The notes below the pieces were generated by a model that was not told the origin of the DNA, made no database searches, and saw nothing but the letters and a program-made list of their open reading frames with translations. From assembly GCA_045602025.1 (NCBI GenBank), contig JAZSAT010000015.1, positions 109 to 64,108 of the forward strand: DNA of 64,000 nt. Reading direction: 5' to 3'. The translations under genes were made by a program, and so were the position numbers. Every line of letters starts with the position of its first letter. Positions within the stretch are counted from its first letter, which is position 1. This document shows, piece by piece, positions 61,417 through 64,000 of this stretch. This DNA comes from Eubacteriales bacterium. GTDB taxonomy: Bacteria; Bacillota; Clostridia; Oscillospirales; SIG627.

Positions 61417-61473
61417 TTTTCGCTCTTGAAACAAAAATAAGGATGTAATATTTTTGTTTTGAAAGGAATCTGT

Positions 61474-62502
61474 ATGCAAACAATTTTTGGTATTCTCGTT
61501 GCAATTCTTGTTTTCGGCGTAATGATCTTTCTCCATGAATTGGGCCATTACCTTGCTGCCCGTGCTTGCAAAGTAAAGGTTTTGGAATTTGCCGTGGGCA
61601 TGGGTCCTAAGATCATTTCCAAAACCTCAAAGAAAAGCGGTATCGTTTATTCCTTGAGGCTTTTACCCATTGGCGGTTTTACAGCTATGCAGGGTGAGGA
61701 TGGAGAAGACCCCGATCCCGATGCACTTGTTAATAAACCGCGCTGGCAAAAGCTCATTGTTTTATTTGCAGGCTCTTTTTTGAACCTTCTTTCCGGTGTG
61801 ATCGCAATGTTTGTTTTTCTTTTAATGACGGGAAATGTAGGTTCCAGCATTGTTTATGATTTTAATGAAAACAGTCTTTCTCAGCGCTGGCTGCAGCCCG
61901 GAGATGAGATCATTGAGATCGAAGGCAAAAGGATGCTGGATTATACCGATATTGCAAATACCATCACCCTCGACGGTGTAAGGCCTCTTGATATAAAGGT
62001 CATCCGAGACGAGGATGAAGTCGTTTTGGAAGATGTTGAATTCCCGACAACGGTCGAAGAGGGAATTGAAATGGGCGTTCTTGATTTTCGCTTTCTCGGT
62101 GTTCGCCCATCCATCGGTGCTTTGATCCGTCAGACAGGTACCCAATCGGTAGCAACGGTGAAAATGATCTATAAAACCCTTGGAGATCTTATTTCAGGTC
62201 GCTACGGAATGAAAGGCGTTTCAGGACCTGTAGGAACCGTCAGCATCATTTCTGAGGTCGCCAAGACAGGCTTTGTTGATATTCTGTATCTCTTCTCTTT
62301 TATCAGCTTAAATCTTGGTATCATGAATCTTCTTCCGCTTCCTGCTCTTGACGGCGGAAGGATCCTCTTCACGATTGTGGAATGCGTGATTCGACGCCCC
62401 ATTGATCCGAAGTTTGAAGGATATGTTCATTTGGCAGGAATGATCGTTCTTTTGGCTTTTATGGCGGTGGTTACCGTCTTTGATGTATTAAAACTAATCT
62501 GA
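61474..62502 (+). CDS. rseP: RIP zinc metalloprotease RseP/RasP family
   Basis: HELGHY in the first TM helix, a central PDZ-like region, and NLLPLPALDGG. The start is at the ATG 61474 after AAAGGA. Confidence 0.88.
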   Translation: MQTIFGILVAILVFGVMIFLHELGHYLAARACKVKVLEFAVGMGPKIISKTSKKSGIVYSLRLLPIGGFTAMQGEDGEDPDPDALVNKPRWQKLIVLFAGSFLNLLSGVIAMFVFLLMTGNVGSSIVYDFNENSLSQRWLQPGDEIIEIEGKRMLDYTDIANTITLDGVRPLDIKVIRDEDEVVLEDVEFPTTVEEGIEMGVLDFRFLGVRPSIGALIRQTGTQSVATVKMIYKTLGDLISGRYGMKGVSGPVGTVSIISEVAKTGFVDILYLFSFISLNLGIMNLLPLPALDGGRILFTIVECVIRRPIDPKFEGYVHLAGMIVLLAFMAVVTVFDVLKLI

Positions 62503-62516
62503 CAGGAGGAATAGGC

Positions 62517-63611
62517 ATGGCTCGAAAAATGACGAAAAAAATTCAGATAGGCGACCGATTTATCGGCGGCGGTGAACCGATCCTTATTCAGTCCATGACC
62601 TGTACTCCCACAACCGATTTCGAAGCGACCCTTGCTCAGATCCGCTCTCTTGAAAAGGTAGGCTGCGATATCGTTCGCTTTACCGTCCCCGATCATGATG
62701 CTGTAAGAAACATTGCAAGACTGAAGGAAAATACGAGTATTCCCCTGGTTGCAGATATTCATTTTGATTACCGTTTGGCCATTGAATCGGTTGAAGCTGG
62801 AATTGATAAAATACGAATTAACCCCGGCAATATCGGAGAAAAAGAAAATGTGCGTGCGGTTGCAAAGATCTGTCGCGAAAAGAAAATCCCGATCCGTGTC
62901 GGTGTGAATTCCGGTTCTGTGGAAAGAGATCTTCTTTTTAAATATAAGGGGCCGACTCCCGAGGCTCTTTGTGAAAGTGCTCTTCGTAAAATTGCGATGC
63001 TTGAGGAATTTGATTTTGACAGGATCGTTGTTTCTGTCAAATCCAGCAATGTTCAGAATATGATTGCCACCAATCGGCTGTTGTCTGAAAGAACCGATTA
63101 TCCCCTGCATCTTGGTGTAACGGAAGCGGGCACTTTGATGACCGGTCTTGTAAAATCCTCTATCGGTATCGGATCTCTTCTTGCCGATGGCATCGGAGAT
63201 ACTCTTCGTGTTTCTTTAACCACAAGAGATCTTACTGAAGAGGTATTTGCTGCCCGTCGCATTCTTTCTTCCTTGTCCCTTGTGGAAAATCATATTGATG
63301 TGGTTTCTTGCCCGACCTGTGGCAGAACCAAGATCGATCTTGTAGAAATTGCTACTGAACTTGAAAATAGATTAGCCTCTCTTAATATCAAGCCCAAGAG
63401 AAATCTGAAGGTTGCCGTTATGGGCTGTGTTGTTAACGGTCCCGGGGAAGCAAAAGAAGCTGATGTCGGCATTGCAGGCGGTAGAAGCGAAGCGATCCTT
63501 TTCAGAAAAGGAGAAGTGGTTCGCAAGATCCCCGAAGAAAATGTAATTGATATCCTGATTGATGAAATCAAAAAAATAGCCGAGGTGTCAGGTGATGAAT
63601 CAAGCCAATAA
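62517..63611 (+). CDS. ispG: 4-hydroxy-3-methylbut-2-en-1-yl diphosphate synthase (flavodoxin)
   Basis: IQSMT, VRFTVPD, PLVADIHFDYRLA, SCPTCGRT, and GCVVNGPGEA. Confidence 0.92.
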   Translation: MARKMTKKIQIGDRFIGGGEPILIQSMTCTPTTDFEATLAQIRSLEKVGCDIVRFTVPDHDAVRNIARLKENTSIPLVADIHFDYRLAIESVEAGIDKIRINPGNIGEKENVRAVAKICREKKIPIRVGVNSGSVERDLLFKYKGPTPEALCESALRKIAMLEEFDFDRIVVSVKSSNVQNMIATNRLLSERTDYPLHLGVTEAGTLMTGLVKSSIGIGSLLADGIGDTLRVSLTTRDLTEEVFAARRILSSLSLVENHIDVVSCPTCGRTKIDLVEIATELENRLASLNIKPKRNLKVAVMGCVVNGPGEAKEADVGIAGGRSEAILFRKGEVVRKIPEENVIDILIDEIKKIAEVSGDESSQ

Positions 63612-64000
63612 AAAGCTCTTTACTGAGCTTTTTTTCAAATATTCTCCCACCGAAAAGGATCTTGAGATCATAGAACTCCTGGAGGATTATACATACCGCT
63701 TAAACAAGGAAACAAGAGAAATCCGTATTGATTTTTATCTTCCTCGCCTTGTTCCCAAATTTCGACTTTATGCGATTGAAGCCGGGCTGACCCAAGCATA
63801 TCAATTGAAAAGCTGCTTTATTTTCCCTAAATACAAGGCTGAGCTTTTTGATACCTCCTATCAGGAGGAATTGGTTCTTGAATTATCCCGAAGTACAAAG
63901 CTTGCCAAAGGCTTTTTTGATGATTGCGTCATGAAAATGGAAAACGACGACATTATCTTTGAAATGAAAGCGGGATATGACAAGCTTCCTCACGGTGGTG
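63595..64000 (+). CDS. polC: 5' part of a long ORF running off the window, probably PolC-type DNA polymerase III alpha
   Basis: The frame is open from the ATG at 63595, which overlaps the ispG end by 17 nt, to the window edge (135 codons). The call rests mainly on the conserved Firmicute order rseP-ispG/proS-polC; the sequence itself is not diagnostic. Confidence 0.4.
   Translation, partial: MNQANKKLFTELFFKYSPTEKDLEIIELLEDYTYRLNKETREIRIDFYLPRLVPKFRLYAIEAGLTQAYQLKSCFIFPKYKAELFDTSYQEELVLELSRSTKLAKGFFDDCVMKMENDDIIFEMKAGYDKLPHGG

Noticed and set aside
1-64000. Prophage, IS element, integrative element or a canonical defence system (RM, CBASS, retron, TA pairs).
   Set aside because: No integrase, transposase, recombinase, reverse transcriptase, methyltransferase/endonuclease pair or small toxin-antitoxin pair was recognisable in any frame. 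The only compositional outlier is the 24.5-25.9 kb islet.

Overview
This is a 64-kb chromosomal segment of a moderate-GC Firmicute. A spore-forming Clostridia gut anaerobe is my inference from gene content: a PdaA-type spore-cortex deacetylase, MecA, the rpsB-tsf-pyrH-frr-uppS-cdsA-dxr-rseP-ispG-polC order, and BspA-type LRR surface proteins. All calls come from reading the supplied ORF translations and the DNA by eye; no database search was run.

Layout:
- 1-4.4 kb: a Gld-like ABC-2 exporter operon (ATPase, permease, GldG-like, DUF4340-like).
- 4.4-14.0 kb, minus strand: an accessory cell-surface block. It holds three tandem DUF4886/SGNH-type lipoproteins, a 1467-aa beta-solenoid surface protein, and a 695-aa protein with a fourth DUF4886 domain.
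- 14-20 kb: housekeeping and repair genes (nth, acyl-AMP ligase plus stand-alone ACP, trmL, vanZ, tag, mntP behind a yybP-ykoY Mn riboswitch, a solitary tRNA-Gln).
- 20.5-24.4 kb: AraC regulator, fucI and an AEC transporter.
- 24.5-26.8 kb: a ~30% GC two-gene islet followed by an AAC(3)-family acetyltransferase.
- 26.77-27.13 kb: a densely structured intergenic region carrying eight phased copies of a 9-mer in a 4+4 inverted arrangement.
- 27-34 kb: recG translationally coupled to a YhaN-like membrane-spanning SMC-type ATPase, then two polysaccharide deacetylases, family-4 UDG and mecA.
- 34-39 kb: an ABC half-transporter / DUF1854 / ABC half-transporter operon in which both transporters carry an N-terminal zinc-ribbon extension.
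- 39-48.6 kb: glyQS, a membrane-anchored HexNAc-1-kinase-like protein plus a GlmU-N-like uridylyltransferase, a MATE pump, and a 1097-aa LRR protein with Cys/His mini-repeats.
- 48.7-64 kb: uvrB, uvrA, a TIGR03960-type radical SAM gene and the conserved translation/isoprenoid block.

No transposase, integrase, CRISPR array or rRNA was seen.

Strongest leads:
- the phased inverted 9-mer array;
- a ~290-aa C-terminal module shared by the two giant surface proteins, which lie 36 kb apart on opposite strands;
- the four-paralog DUF4886 esterase battery;
- the YhaN-like ATPase coupled to recG;
- the ABC/DUF1854 system.
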